64,000 nucleotides of DNA, from assembly GCA_947385375.1 (NCBI GenBank), contig CANDKR010000007.1, positions 6,505 to 70,504 of the forward strand. The letters are read 5' to 3'. Under the pieces are notes generated by a model. It had not been told where the DNA came from, searched no databases, and saw only the letters and a program-made list of their open reading frames with translations. The first letter of the stretch is position 1. Every line of letters starts with the position of its first letter. Both the position numbers and the translations under genes were made by a program. Below are positions 1 through 10,506 of this stretch, piece after piece. The stretch is from an uncultured Clostridia bacterium (GTDB taxonomy: Bacteria; Bacillota; Clostridia; TANB77; CAG-508).

Positions 1-1
1 T

Positions 2-742
2 GAATTGTTAAAACCTTTCTTTGTGGAGAATTCTTCTGTTAAGATTTCTATGAAAGATTATATAGAAGTTAACTCAGCTATTGCACTTGCATTAAATGGC
101 TTGGGGTATGAAAACAAAGAACTTAACTTTATAAGTTCAAGAGTTATAACAGGACAAAATGTTAATTTAGATCAGTTAGTTAAAAATATGTTTTCTACTC
201 AATCATTTAAAGATCCACTAAGTGCGGGTGAGAAGATGATGGTTAGAATGGTTGTACTAGCATTTGTTGGAATTATTATGTTCTGTGCCTTTTCTTATGA
301 GACAATGTCTCAAATAGATACAAAGACAGAGGAAATAAATTCAGCAATTTCGACTGCTAGAACACAAATAACAATAGCTGATAATGACCTAGCAAAAATT
401 ACAGGGAGAACAACAACATATTCAGCACTTATAAATAGCGTTAACAATTTGAACGAATCTTCTGATGGACAAACTTATACAAGAGTTGTTAGAAAAGATT
501 CAGTTCCAAACTTATTAAATCAAATAATGTTTGTTATTCCACAAAAAGTACAAGTTACTTCAATTAGAAATGAAGATAATACAGAGCATATAATTATCGA
601 AGCTCAATCAGAAAAATATGAGCAACTTGGTTATTTCAAAGCTGTACTTGATTCAAAAGGAGTTCTTGTAAATGTTAAATCATCAAGTGGAACAAAAGAT
701 GGAAACATTGTTAAAGTTACAATAGAAGGAGATATGCCATGA
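2..742 (+). CDS. Type IV pilus assembly protein: C-terminal end of PilM fused to a PilN-like TM/coiled-coil segment (5' end outside window)
   Basis: Frame is open from base 2 with no start codon. Single TM helix (MVRMVVLAFVGIIMFCAF) followed by a coiled-coil-like region. First gene of a pilus operon; ATGA stop/start overlap with the next ORF. Confidence 0.5.
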   Translation, partial: ELLKPFFVENSSVKISMKDYIEVNSAIALALNGLGYENKELNFISSRVITGQNVNLDQLVKNMFSTQSFKDPLSAGEKMMVRMVVLAFVGIIMFCAFSYETMSQIDTKTEEINSAISTARTQITIADNDLAKITGRTTTYSALINSVNNLNESSDGQTYTRVVRKDSVPNLLNQIMFVIPQKVQVTSIRNEDNTEHIIIEAQSEKYEQLGYFKAVLDSKGVLVNVKSSSGTKDGNIVKVTIEGDMP

Positions 743-1527
743 GAAAAGTATTAATATTTATTGTTTTAGCAATTGCACTTTTTCTATGCTACTCTGTGGT
801 TAGTAACGGATTAACAATTGGAGAATTCCATATATCAAATTATGAGCAAGTAGGAGTAGCTAGTAAAAAAGTAGATACATTGATAAGTCAATTAGCAAAT
901 TTGAATGGTTCAGGATTGGACGCTAAAAGAAAAGAAATAAAAACAGCCATATCAAATTATCATAGCCAAAAAGATCAATATGATTCAATGAAAGAAGTTA
1001 TGAATCAAACAATACAAGAAGCTGAGCAAGAAATGACTATGGTAGATATGTATGATATAGATTTCTTATGGACAATTATAGGTAATTTTGCAACAGAGGA
1101 AGGCGTTAACTTGAAAATGGACCTTATGAAAAGTGCTGTGTTTGCGGATTTAGAAGCAACAGAGTACACAATGTGTGATATGAAATTCACACTTACAGGA
1201 GATTATATAGCAATTACTGAATTGGTATATGATATAGAGGACGACGAGAGATTAGGCTTTGAAATTTCAAATTTTGAAATGGTTAAAGGCGGAGAAAATC
1301 TAATGGCGACCTTCACAGTTAAAGGAGTTCCAATTAATAACAGAACTCTAACATCAATACAAACATCTATAGATTCAAGCAGTCAAGCAACTGATGGAAA
1401 TACAACAGATTCAAATGGTATTAGAGAAGCAACAGGAAATGCATTGGAAAAAACAGGAGACTCACTTTCAAGCGGAAAGTTAAGAGAGAGTAGTTCAAAT
1501 GATACTGCAAGTGCATTAGATATGTAA
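739..1527 (+). CDS. PilO-like pilus assembly membrane protein
   Basis: N-terminal TM helix (VLIFIVLAIALFLCY) then a coiled-coil region. Translationally coupled to the pilMN-like ORF. Assignment rests on position in the T4P operon. Confidence 0.4.
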   Translation: MRKVLIFIVLAIALFLCYSVVSNGLTIGEFHISNYEQVGVASKKVDTLISQLANLNGSGLDAKRKEIKTAISNYHSQKDQYDSMKEVMNQTIQEAEQEMTMVDMYDIDFLWTIIGNFATEEGVNLKMDLMKSAVFADLEATEYTMCDMKFTLTGDYIAITELVYDIEDDERLGFEISNFEMVKGGENLMATFTVKGVPINNRTLTSIQTSIDSSSQATDGNTTDSNGIREATGNALEKTGDSLSSGKLRESSSNDTASALDM

Positions 1528-1557
1528 AATACTTTTAAAGTAGGAAAGGAAATATAG

Positions 1558-2040
1558 ATGAAAGTAGCAAAAGAAATTTTTATAATGGCATTGTTACTTA
1601 TGATAGTAGTCTTTATGATAGGGCTAGTATTCTATGAATATATGCCAAACAATAAGATTATACCAGGAGCAACTTCATATTCTGCTGATAGTTCAACAAC
1701 GTCAGTACTTCAAGAAATAGCAGCAACAAGTACAAGCTCTGGTGATGATGGTTCTTCAGGAGTAGATGATGTTTTATTACAATCTTATAGTATAGGACAA
1801 CAAGAATTATCAACAGCAGCGTCTAAGCATTCATATACAAGTGGAAAAACAAATCCATTTGCAGAATACGTAGACCCCAATGTAAATATGGTAAATAATA
1901 CCACAGTAAATGGAACTACTACTTCACAACCAACTACAGCTCCACAAAAAGCTGCAAGCGGTTCTGTAAATAACAAGAATAGTGGAAATAGTGGTTCAAG
2001 TTCAACAGGTTCTTTTTTCGAGAAACCTAATTCAAAATAA
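1558..2040 (+). CDS. Membrane-anchored Ser/Thr/Gly-rich protein of the pilus operon
   Basis: RBS GGAAAGGA upstream. One N-terminal TM helix and a low-complexity S/T/G/N-rich tail. No recognisable family. Confidence 0.4.
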   Translation: MKVAKEIFIMALLLMIVVFMIGLVFYEYMPNNKIIPGATSYSADSSTTSVLQEIAATSTSSGDDGSSGVDDVLLQSYSIGQQELSTAASKHSYTSGKTNPFAEYVDPNVNMVNNTTVNGTTTSQPTTAPQKAASGSVNNKNSGNSGSSSTGSFFEKPNSK

Positions 2041-2100
2041 TCGGATATATTTAAAACAAAATATATACAAATTTTTTTAAAATTCAAAGGAGGAAAAATT

Positions 2101-2676
2101 ATGTTTAAGGAACAAAAGGGTATCACATTAGTAGCATTAGTTATCACAATTATCGTGCTATTAATATTGGCAGGGGTATCAATTTCATTAGTAGTAGGAC
2201 AAGATGGTGTTTTAGGAAAAGCACAAGGAGCTGTTAGTGCAACAGAAAAAGCAACAGCAGGTCAAGAAATCGAGTTATCAATTTCAGAAGCTCAAATGGC
2301 ATATATGGAGGCTTGGACAAAGGATCAATCAGTTGAAAAAATCAAATATTACAAAACTCCAGATTTTTATCATAGAAACTGTGTAAGTACAGCAAAAGAT
2401 AATGTATCAGTATATTCAGAAGGAAATAATGTATATGTATCATACAAATCAAAATCAAACGTAACATACTTAGCTACATTTGATGTTACTGCACCATCAA
2501 CAACTTATAAAATGTTAGCACCAGGAGAGACAGCAACAGATAAAGTAACAACATATAAAGTAATTGAAGATGCAATTGCAACTGCTACAAAGACACCAGA
2601 TAATTATGATCCAGATAAAGATGTTACAACTCCAGGTGGTAGCGTAACAAATCCAGATGAAAATCCAGGAGCATAG
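2101..2676 (+). CDS. Type IV pilin (prepilin-type N-terminal signal)
   Basis: N-terminus MFKEQKG|ITLVALVITIIVLLILAGV is a class III signal peptide followed by a hydrophobic helix. Strong RBS AAAGGAGGAAAAATT. Paralogous to the next ORF. Confidence 0.8.
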   Translation: MFKEQKGITLVALVITIIVLLILAGVSISLVVGQDGVLGKAQGAVSATEKATAGQEIELSISEAQMAYMEAWTKDQSVEKIKYYKTPDFYHRNCVSTAKDNVSVYSEGNNVYVSYKSKSNVTYLATFDVTAPSTTYKMLAPGETATDKVTTYKVIEDAIATATKTPDNYDPDKDVTTPGGSVTNPDENPGA

Positions 2677-2709
2677 AAAATAATTATAATATACAAGGGA
2701 GAAAAGTTT

Positions 2710-3291
2710 ATGAAAAATCAAAAAGGTATTACATTAATAGCACTTGTTATTACAATTATTGTGCTATTAATATTAGCAGGTGTAACTATTTCATTAACAG
2801 TAGGTAAAAATGGGGCTTTATCAAAAGCTAGAAATGCTGTTAATTCAAATGAAATTAGTTCTGCTAAAGAGGAATTAGAAATTGCTGCAGCAGATGCCCA
2901 AATGGCTTTTATGGAAGCTTGGGGTACAAATCAAAACATTGATTCTTTATCTTTTTATGCATCAACTAAAGAAGGTGAAAATGCTTATGCACGTAACTGT
3001 ACAAGAGCAGATGCAATAGGTGTTGCTAAAGTAACTGAAGGAACAGGAGCAAATGAAGAAAAACACGTTTATATTAAATATATAACAAAATCACAAGCTG
3101 TTATTTATTTTGATATGCTTGTAACAGCAGATGACTCATTTGCTATATCAAAAGGTTATCCAGCAAAGGAAATACCTACTGATGCAGATGAACTTGCGAT
3201 ATACAACAAATTAACAGCTACAACTGTTAATTATGGTTTAGCAAAAGGTACTGATTTAGTACCAGATGAAGTAGAACCAGAGGCTGAGTAA
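2710..3291 (+). CDS. Type IV pilin, paralog of the upstream pilin
   Basis: N-terminus MKNQKG|ITLIALVITIIVLLILAGV. Shares the post-helix segment (AQMAFMEAW) with ORF 2101-2676. Confidence 0.8.
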   Translation: MKNQKGITLIALVITIIVLLILAGVTISLTVGKNGALSKARNAVNSNEISSAKEELEIAAADAQMAFMEAWGTNQNIDSLSFYASTKEGENAYARNCTRADAIGVAKVTEGTGANEEKHVYIKYITKSQAVIYFDMLVTADDSFAISKGYPAKEIPTDADELAIYNKLTATTVNYGLAKGTDLVPDEVEPEAE

Positions 3292-3368
3292 TTTAAATTA
3301 AATAATTAACAATAATAAGGCATATGCATATATGAATGTATATGCCTATTATTAAATAAGGGGAAAAA

Positions 3369-4136
3369 TTGGACGTATTTTATTACATAATGATATTTAT
3401 GATGGGAACAGTATTTGGAAGCTTTTTCACACTTGCCGTATATCGTATTCCACTAAAAAAAGATATTACACATGAAAGATCTTTTTGTCCTACTTGTAAT
3501 CACAAATTAGGCTTTTGGGATATGATACCAATATTAAGTTATTTGCTAGCAAGAGGAAAATGCAGATATTGTGGAGAGAAGATAAGGATAAGATATTTAG
3601 TATTAGAAGCCTTATCAGGCACAGTATTTTTAGCCGAATATATAGCCTTAAATATGCACTTTCCATATTTAGAAGTAGGAAAAATTGCTTTCTTTATTTC
3701 TTTTGTTTTTATGTATGTTACAATAGCAATAATGAGTGGCATAGACAAGGAAAGTAGAAATATTCATAAAGGGCTAATTGTATTTGGTTTTATAATGCAG
3801 GGCTTATATATTTTATATCTATATATAGTAAATCAAACTAGTATGTATAGATATGGTATGTATTTATGTATAATGATTTGTTTTTACATAATAGATACAG
3901 TTTCCAGAAAGAAAACAGGGCAGAGTAAGTACTTATTACAAATTTTAATGCTATGTTCATATATTGGTGCAGTTTTAGGCATTAAACTTTTAGGCGTGGT
4001 AGTCGTACTTGCTTTGATAATGATGTTTTTTGATTACTTACATAAGAAAAATATTAAGGAAACAAGAGTTGGTTTCCTATTAGGTATGTCAGCTATTTTT
4101 ATAGCTATAATTCAAACTTTTATAACATATATGTAA
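3369..4136 (+). CDS. pilD: Prepilin peptidase (A24 family, PilD-like)
   Basis: N-terminal Cys-rich motif FCPTCNHKLGFWDMIPILSYLLARGKCRYCGEKI typical of PilD/ComC, with a polytopic membrane body. TTG start at 3369; ATG at 3390 is an alternative. Confidence 0.8.
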   Translation: MDVFYYIMIFMMGTVFGSFFTLAVYRIPLKKDITHERSFCPTCNHKLGFWDMIPILSYLLARGKCRYCGEKIRIRYLVLEALSGTVFLAEYIALNMHFPYLEVGKIAFFISFVFMYVTIAIMSGIDKESRNIHKGLIVFGFIMQGLYILYLYIVNQTSMYRYGMYLCIMICFYIIDTVSRKKTGQSKYLLQILMLCSYIGAVLGIKLLGVVVVLALIMMFFDYLHKKNIKETRVGFLLGMSAIFIAIIQTFITYM

Positions 4137-4149
4137 ATGAGGGACGAGT

Positions 4150-5166
4150 ATGAGAAATTTATTGAGAAAGTTAAAAAGTGAAAAAGGAGCTACTGGTATT
4201 GATGTAGTTATGGCATCTGCAATGATAATGATTACAATTGCGGTAGTATCTATTTTGTATGTAAATACATCACTTCAAACAAGAAATATAAAAAGAACTG
4301 CTGGTGCAACAAGACTTGCTACAAACATTGCAGAAAATATTCAAGAGCTTTCTTATGAGGAATTTGTTTCAGCGTATAATGGTATTGCGACTACTGAAAA
4401 ATATAAAGACGTAGATTATCGCAAGGTTGAAAGTGTAAATTCAGATAGAACAATTTTTAGTACAAAACTTCCTAAAGGTTATGCCTTTTATATAAAAGCA
4501 GATCCTGTTTATGGAAGCCATTTGGATCCAAAAGAACAATTTGACTTGGTAAGAGATATAGATATTATTGTGACTTATAAAGTAGGTGATAATGTTGATG
4601 ATATTAGCTTGTCACTAACTAAACAAAGAGAACTTGTAGAAGAATGTAATAAACCAGTACTTTCATATTTACCAGGTACAGCTAATAAAACTATATATCC
4701 AGTAAAATATGTTGAAACTACTGGAAGCTATATGAAAACAAATGAAAACGATATGGATTGGTATGACTATACTAATAAAAAATGGGCAGTAGTACTTGTT
4801 TCAGATAAGAAAGAAAGTGAAGTATTTGATGCAAATGGTAAATATACAGGTATTGAACTTAGAAAATATGTATGGATACCAGCATTTTTCGTAGAAGGAA
4901 GTGGAAATGATTTTTATGCTTTCCGTTATAATTTTTCAAATAAAATGATAGAAAAAGGTTCTTTAACATCATTGCCAGATGGAGAAGGAAAGACAAGCTC
5001 TTTTAGTTATTATACTTTTTCAACTCATCCAGTAAGTCAGCAAGGTGTTGATGGAATTGATGGCGCAGGTCTATGGGTAGAAATTACTGATACTTTTCTT
5101 CAAGAGATACAACCAGCAAGAGTTTTAAACAATTCAAAATACGGACCATTTATAGTTCATAAGTAA
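4150..5166 (+). CDS. Large minor-pilin/pseudopilin-like protein
   Basis: N-terminus ...KSEKG|ATGIDVVMASAMIMITIAVVSILYV resembles a prepilin signal plus helix. The 338-aa body has no recognised domain. Confidence 0.5.
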   Translation: MRNLLRKLKSEKGATGIDVVMASAMIMITIAVVSILYVNTSLQTRNIKRTAGATRLATNIAENIQELSYEEFVSAYNGIATTEKYKDVDYRKVESVNSDRTIFSTKLPKGYAFYIKADPVYGSHLDPKEQFDLVRDIDIIVTYKVGDNVDDISLSLTKQRELVEECNKPVLSYLPGTANKTIYPVKYVETTGSYMKTNENDMDWYDYTNKKWAVVLVSDKKESEVFDANGKYTGIELRKYVWIPAFFVEGSGNDFYAFRYNFSNKMIEKGSLTSLPDGEGKTSSFSYYTFSTHPVSQQGVDGIDGAGLWVEITDTFLQEIQPARVLNNSKYGPFIVHK

Positions 5167-5288
5167 CAAAAACATACAATATTTTACAAAAGTGTTAAGT
5201 TTATGTAACTTTGCAAAAAGTATTTATTTTGTCGAAAATATAGGATATAATAGATATAGTTGAACTAAGGACGAAAGGAGCAATTCAA

Positions 5289-6917
5289 ATGGCATTAAAC
5301 GGAAAAGCGCCAATGGGCGTGGAATTAGTTAAGAAGGGCGTTGTTACTGAAAGTGATATACAAACTGCTATTGAATACCAAAAAGAACATCCAGATAAGA
5401 AAATCGGAGATATATTAAATATATTAAACTTGTGCCCACAAGCACAGCTTATTAAAGCAATGGGTGAGGTTTTAAACGAAAAAGTTATCATACTAAGACC
5501 AGATAATATAACAATCAATGTTACAGAATATATGTCTTTAGATGTATGTAAATCTTGTAAGGCAATTGTGTTTGATGTAATAGGTTCTAAAGCTAAAGTT
5601 TGTTTTGCAGATACTGCAAATAAAAGAGCAATAGAGCAAGTAAGACTTATATTATTAAATCGTGGATTGGTAATGGAAAAATACCTTACTTTTGAATCTG
5701 CAATAGATACAGTAATTGAGTCATTAGATGGAAAAGCTGGAGGAAGCATATCTGCAACAGGAGATGTTACAGGTTTAATTGATACAATTATCAAAACAGC
5801 TATGGAAAAAAGAGCAAGTGATATTCATATTGAACCACTTGAAAATACAATTAGAATTAGATACAGAATTGATGGTGAATTAGTTACAGTTGCAAGTATC
5901 GATAAACAAAGAATTACACAAGTTATCGGTAGATTAAAAGCTATATCTAATATGCATCAAGAAAAACAAGAATCACAAGATGGTAGAATTTCATTATACA
6001 ATGATTATAATATCCGTGTATCTTCACAAAAAACTGTAAATGGTGAAAAATTCTGTTTACGTTTACTTAAGAAAAATGCAGGAGTTAGAAATATTTTTGA
6101 TTTAGGTTTCCCAAGTGATGAAAGCGTATTAAAAAAATGCTTTGATAAAAGAAACAGTATCACAGTTATTGCAGCTCCTACCGGTGAAGGTAAAACAACA
6201 ACTCTATATAGTGTTTTAGATTATTTAAACAAACCAGAGATAAATGTTACTACTGTTGAAGACCCAGTTGAAATACGTGTTTCTGGTATTAACCAAATAG
6301 AAATAGATGCAAAAACAAACTTCTCAGATTCTTTAAGAACTATATTAAGACAAGACCCTGATATAATTCTTTTAGGAGAGATTCGTGACTTAGAGACAGC
6401 AGAAATTGCGTTTCAAGCAGGTCAAACAGGTCACTATGTGTTGTCTACAATACACACAATAAATGCAGTTGAGGTTATTACAAGACTTCGTAAAATGGGT
6501 ATATCTGATTATGATGTTTCAAGTACACTTGCTACATCAGTTTCACAAAGATTAATTAGAAGAATTTGCCCACACTGTGCAGTAAAGAGAAAATTTACAC
6601 AAGCAGAGAAAAATCTTATCAATAAATTAGCTTCAAAATATGGAGATGAATTTGATTTTTCTGAAAAATACACTTATGATACAAAAGGCTGTAAAGAATG
6701 TAACTATACAGGTTACTTAGACAGAATTGCAGCATTTGAAATATTAGAAATTACAGAACCAATCAGAGAACTAATTTCAGAAGGAGCATCAAGTTTGAAG
6801 ATTAGAGAACAAGCAGTAAAAGATGGTTATAGACCATTATTTATAGATGCACTTCAAAAAGTAGTAGATGGATATGTTACATTAGAAGAAGTTAATAAGA
6901 AATTAGTATTATTCTAA
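5289..6917 (+). CDS. pilB: Type IV pilus assembly ATPase PilB (GspE family)
   Basis: Walker A APTGEGKTTT, Asp and His boxes, and the tetracysteine motif CPHC...CKEC. GspII_E_N-like N-terminal domain. Confidence 0.9.
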   Translation: MALNGKAPMGVELVKKGVVTESDIQTAIEYQKEHPDKKIGDILNILNLCPQAQLIKAMGEVLNEKVIILRPDNITINVTEYMSLDVCKSCKAIVFDVIGSKAKVCFADTANKRAIEQVRLILLNRGLVMEKYLTFESAIDTVIESLDGKAGGSISATGDVTGLIDTIIKTAMEKRASDIHIEPLENTIRIRYRIDGELVTVASIDKQRITQVIGRLKAISNMHQEKQESQDGRISLYNDYNIRVSSQKTVNGEKFCLRLLKKNAGVRNIFDLGFPSDESVLKKCFDKRNSITVIAAPTGEGKTTTLYSVLDYLNKPEINVTTVEDPVEIRVSGINQIEIDAKTNFSDSLRTILRQDPDIILLGEIRDLETAEIAFQAGQTGHYVLSTIHTINAVEVITRLRKMGISDYDVSSTLATSVSQRLIRRICPHCAVKRKFTQAEKNLINKLASKYGDEFDFSEKYTYDTKGCKECNYTGYLDRIAAFEILEITEPIRELISEGASSLKIREQAVKDGYRPLFIDALQKVVDGYVTLEEVNKKLVLF

Positions 6918-6939
6918 AGATAAGGCGAGGGAAGAAGAA

Positions 6940-8052
6940 ATGTTATTGATTGAAAGTGTTATAAAAGAAGCGATATTAAAAGATGCATCAGATATACATT
7001 TAATGTATGGCTTAAAACCAATTTTGAGAATTAAGAGATCATTAGTTGAATACTCTGACGCAAAACCACTAGATGAAAATGATTTATATGATGTATATGA
7101 TTATATAGTTCGTGGTAATGTCGATAAAGACAATGTTTACAAACAAGAAAGAAAACTTGATACTTCACTTGTTTTTGGAGATGCTCGTTTAAGGGTAAAC
7201 TGTTCTTATGCTGATGATATGCCTCTATTTACAATGCGTATTATCAAAAATGAATTACCAAAATATGAAGATTTAGGTTTACCTGATATAGTTAAGGCTA
7301 TGACATATCAACCACAAGGTTTAATATTGGTTACTGGAAAAACAAACTCAGGTAAATCAACAACATTAAACTGTTTAATAGATGATATAAATAGAAAGCA
7401 AAACAAGAAAATTCTTACACTAGAAAGCCCGGTTGAATATAAGCATACAAGTAAAAAATCTATTATTGTACAAAAAGAGGTAGGACCTGGAAAAGATTCA
7501 GTTACTTTTAGTGACGGTGCTAAAAATGCTCTTCGTGAAGACTGTGATATACTAGTAATAGGAGAGATTAGAGATAAAATTACTATGGAAGCAGCTATTG
7601 ATATGGCAGAATCAGGACACTTAGTTATAGGTACATTACACACAAAATCTTGTGCTGAGACAGTTGATAGAATGGTTAATTTCTATGATGTTAGAGACCA
7701 AGCAACAGTTAAGAATTTATTGTCATCACTTTTGAAATTAGTTGTTTCTCAAAGGTTGCTAAAATCACCTAAAGGAGATAATTTAGTTCTTGTTCCTGAA
7801 ATAATGGTAGTCGATAATACAATAGCAGCTTGTATTAGAAAAGAAAAATTCAGTACATCTGAAATTGAAGATGCTATCCAAGGTAACTTAGATAAGGGAA
7901 GTATAGGTTTAGTAAACTCACTTGCAAATTTATATGTTACTGGAAAATTATCATTAGAGCAAGTTAAAGCTCAAGTTGAAGAGAAAAACTATGAAACTTT
8001 AAATAGAACAATTATGCAATTGAACCTAAAGAAAGGTCCAGGCGCTAAATAA
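6940..8052 (+). CDS. pilT: Twitching-motility retraction ATPase PilT
   Basis: About 370 aa, Walker A GKTNSGKSTT, VIGEIRD and GHLVIGTLHT motifs typical of PilT. Confidence 0.9.
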   Translation: MLLIESVIKEAILKDASDIHLMYGLKPILRIKRSLVEYSDAKPLDENDLYDVYDYIVRGNVDKDNVYKQERKLDTSLVFGDARLRVNCSYADDMPLFTMRIIKNELPKYEDLGLPDIVKAMTYQPQGLILVTGKTNSGKSTTLNCLIDDINRKQNKKILTLESPVEYKHTSKKSIIVQKEVGPGKDSVTFSDGAKNALREDCDILVIGEIRDKITMEAAIDMAESGHLVIGTLHTKSCAETVDRMVNFYDVRDQATVKNLLSSLLKLVVSQRLLKSPKGDNLVLVPEIMVVDNTIAACIRKEKFSTSEIEDAIQGNLDKGSIGLVNSLANLYVTGKLSLEQVKAQVEEKNYETLNRTIMQLNLKKGPGAK

Positions 8053-8071
8053 ATATAAACGGAGGTAAAAC

Positions 8072-9421
8072 ATGCCAACTTTTGTATATAAAGCAATCAC
8101 CCCACAAGGTCAAGTTATAAAATCAAAAATGGATGATGCTTCTAAATTAAGTTGTGTGAAAAGGTTAAAAAGAAATGGCTTAACACCAATCAGCATTAGT
8201 CAAACTATTACAATTACTAGAGGTAAAAAAGATAAGGGTGCTGGAAGAACAAAACAACAAATAAAGCCTAAATTTGAAGCAACAGCAGCAGTTAGCTCAA
8301 AAAAAGCTAAGAAGAAAGAGTCAATAATTCAAAAATTAGATAAAGCTTTAGTTTCTACTGAGAAGATTACTTTTAGAGATATAAGAATATTTTCACAAAA
8401 CTTTTATTTATTGAAAAAAGCGAATTTCAATAATATACATGCATTATCAACTGTTATTGAAACCACAGAAAACCCTAAACTAAGAGTTATCCTAGAGGAT
8501 ATATTAGCAGGTGTTGAATCTGGTGAGTTCATGTATACTACAATGGAATATTATGATAATATATTCCCATACATATATATAAATATGGTTAAAGTTGGTG
8601 AACTTTCTGGATCACTAGAACGTTCATTACAACAAGGTGTAAAATACTTAGATGATACAGATGCTGTAACTAAGAAACTAAAAAGAATATTATTGCCAAA
8701 CATAGCAATGTTCTTTGGTATTATAATTATGTTATTTGTAGCTGTAATCTTTGGAATACCAATGCTAGAAGGAGTATTTGACCAATTAGGTGCAGAAGCA
8801 CAATTGCCAGCGCTAACACTTTGGTTTGCAGATTTTGTAGACTTAACATTGCAGTTCTGGTATATACCAGTTGGTATTATTGCTCTGATTGGACTCGCAT
8901 TCTTCCTGTATATCAAGACGCCTAGAGGTAGATACAACTTTGATTATTTCAAATACACAATGCCGATATTTGGTAAATTGATATATCTACTTGATTTCTC
9001 AAGATTAATGAAGGCAACTTTATTAAACCTACAAAATGGTATGAGAATTCAGGACTCATTAGAAGTTAGTAAAAATGTTATTAAAAATACGGTTATGCTT
9101 TCTATGATAGAAACATCTATTAACAATATTTTCGTTGGTCAATCTTGGATAGAGCCATTTGAACATACAAGACTTTCAAATGCAATGACTACTGAGATGT
9201 TGAAAATTGGTATGCAAACTGACTTAACAGAAATGTTGGAAAAATTATTGGAATATATGGATCAAGATATAGATAATACAATGGAAAAGATTATGAAGGC
9301 TTTACCAGAAGTATCTTATGCTATCGTTGGTGTAGTTTTAATCTTCTTCGTTATCGTTGTACTTGTACCTTGTATTCAAATGTACATGGGTAATTTCTTA
9401 TTTGATGCTTACGGTGTATAA
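8072..9421 (+). CDS. pilC: Type IV pilus platform protein PilC (GspF family)
   Basis: Two T2SS-F type repeats with TM segments. Directly follows pilB and pilT. Confidence 0.85.
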   Translation: MPTFVYKAITPQGQVIKSKMDDASKLSCVKRLKRNGLTPISISQTITITRGKKDKGAGRTKQQIKPKFEATAAVSSKKAKKKESIIQKLDKALVSTEKITFRDIRIFSQNFYLLKKANFNNIHALSTVIETTENPKLRVILEDILAGVESGEFMYTTMEYYDNIFPYIYINMVKVGELSGSLERSLQQGVKYLDDTDAVTKKLKRILLPNIAMFFGIIIMLFVAVIFGIPMLEGVFDQLGAEAQLPALTLWFADFVDLTLQFWYIPVGIIALIGLAFFLYIKTPRGRYNFDYFKYTMPIFGKLIYLLDFSRLMKATLLNLQNGMRIQDSLEVSKNVIKNTVMLSMIETSINNIFVGQSWIEPFEHTRLSNAMTTEMLKIGMQTDLTEMLEKLLEYMDQDIDNTMEKIMKALPEVSYAIVGVVLIFFVIVVLVPCIQMYMGNFLFDAYGV

Positions 9422-9435
9422 AATAATAAAAAAAT

Positions 9436-9475
9436 TCTCGTCTAGCGGCTGTCTGCCTTGCAGACGAGATTTTTT
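9436..9475 (+). terminator. Rho-independent terminator after pilC
   Basis: Stem TCTCGTCT...AGACGAGA followed by a T-run. Confidence 0.7.
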
Positions 9476-9510
9476 ATATAATTATATTCTTGTTAAAGGA
9501 GGATGTATAA

Positions 9511-10431
9511 ATGAAAATTGGAATAGATTTAGGTGGTAGCCATATTGGTGTTGGATTAATTGATGGAACTAATATAATAGCGATAAAAGATAAGATTTTA
9601 ACTCGTGAGGATAGAGTAGATATCAAGAGTAGTATCGTTAATGAAATAACAGCTATGATAAATGGTTTATGCGCAGAAAATGGGGTAGATGTAAATAATA
9701 TTGAATTAATCGGTATTGCGTCACCAGGAACTACTTCAAACGGGGTTATCGTTAAAGCTGGAAATCTTGGTGTTAAAGATTTTGATTTAATAAGTAGCCT
9801 AAAAAAGAATTTTAATAATCAAATGATACTTAGAAATGATGCTAAATGTGCTGCTATGGCTGAGAAAGTATATGGAGCAATGAAAGACTATAAAGATGGT
9901 GTATTTTTATGTTTAGGTACTGGAATAGGTGGAGCAGTTTTCATGGATGGAAAATTACTAGAACCTAAAAGATATTCAGGTTTTGAACTTGGACATATGG
10001 TTGTAAATAAGGGTGGACGTCTATGTAGCTGTGGTAAAAGAGGCTGCTTTGAATCCTACTCTTCAATAAAAGCTTTAAAAACTAAAGTTACTGAAACTTT
10101 AGATATGGACAGCGACATATCAGGAGAGTATTTAAGAGAAGTAATACTAAAAAGAGAAATTTTTGAAGCTCACAATGAAGCTGTAATAGAGGATTTAGAA
10201 AACTTTTTAGAGTATCTTCAAGTTGGTATTTGTAATTTGATAGATATTTTTGAACCAGAAATAGTAGTACTTGGTGGAAGTTTCTCATATTACGAGAAAA
10301 ATCCTATTTTTCAAATGCTACTTGATAAAATAAATGCACCAAAAACTACTTTTAATGAAGGAGAAAAGCCAAAGATAGTTGCTGCACAGTTTAAAAATGA
10401 TGCAGGAATAATTGGTGCAACTTTAATATAA
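9511..10431 (+). CDS. ROK-family glucokinase
   Basis: N-terminus MKIGIDLGGSHIG, ROK signature, and zinc motif CSCGKRGCFE. Confidence 0.85.
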   Translation: MKIGIDLGGSHIGVGLIDGTNIIAIKDKILTREDRVDIKSSIVNEITAMINGLCAENGVDVNNIELIGIASPGTTSNGVIVKAGNLGVKDFDLISSLKKNFNNQMILRNDAKCAAMAEKVYGAMKDYKDGVFLCLGTGIGGAVFMDGKLLEPKRYSGFELGHMVVNKGGRLCSCGKRGCFESYSSIKALKTKVTETLDMDSDISGEYLREVILKREIFEAHNEAVIEDLENFLEYLQVGICNLIDIFEPEIVVLGGSFSYYEKNPIFQMLLDKINAPKTTFNEGEKPKIVAAQFKNDAGIIGATLI

Positions 10432-10438
10432 TTTATAG

Positions 10439-10470
10439 AAAACGTACTTAGTTGTAAGTACGTTTTTGTT
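10439..10470 (+). terminator. Rho-independent terminator after the ROK kinase gene
   Basis: AAAACGTACTTA-GTTG-TAAGTACGTTTT hairpin followed by a T-run. Confidence 0.75.
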
Positions 10471-10477
10471 TTGCTAT

Positions 10478-10506
10478 TTGACATTTATGTAAATATTGTG
10501 TATAAT
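10478..10506 (+). promoter_or_regulatory. Consensus sigma-A-type promoter for rnj
   Basis: TTGACA, a 17-nt spacer, then TATAAT: an exact consensus. Implies a leader of about 180 nt before the rnj ATG. Confidence 0.7.

Noticed and set aside
2041-2045. Intergenic TCGGA / CGGAGG occurrences (2041, 8059 region, 36238, 38531 region) as additional recoding sites
   Set aside because: They lie outside coding frames, just after a stop codon or within Shine-Dalgarno regions (AACGGAGG, ATCGGAGGTG). No frame information links them to the CGG phenomenon.
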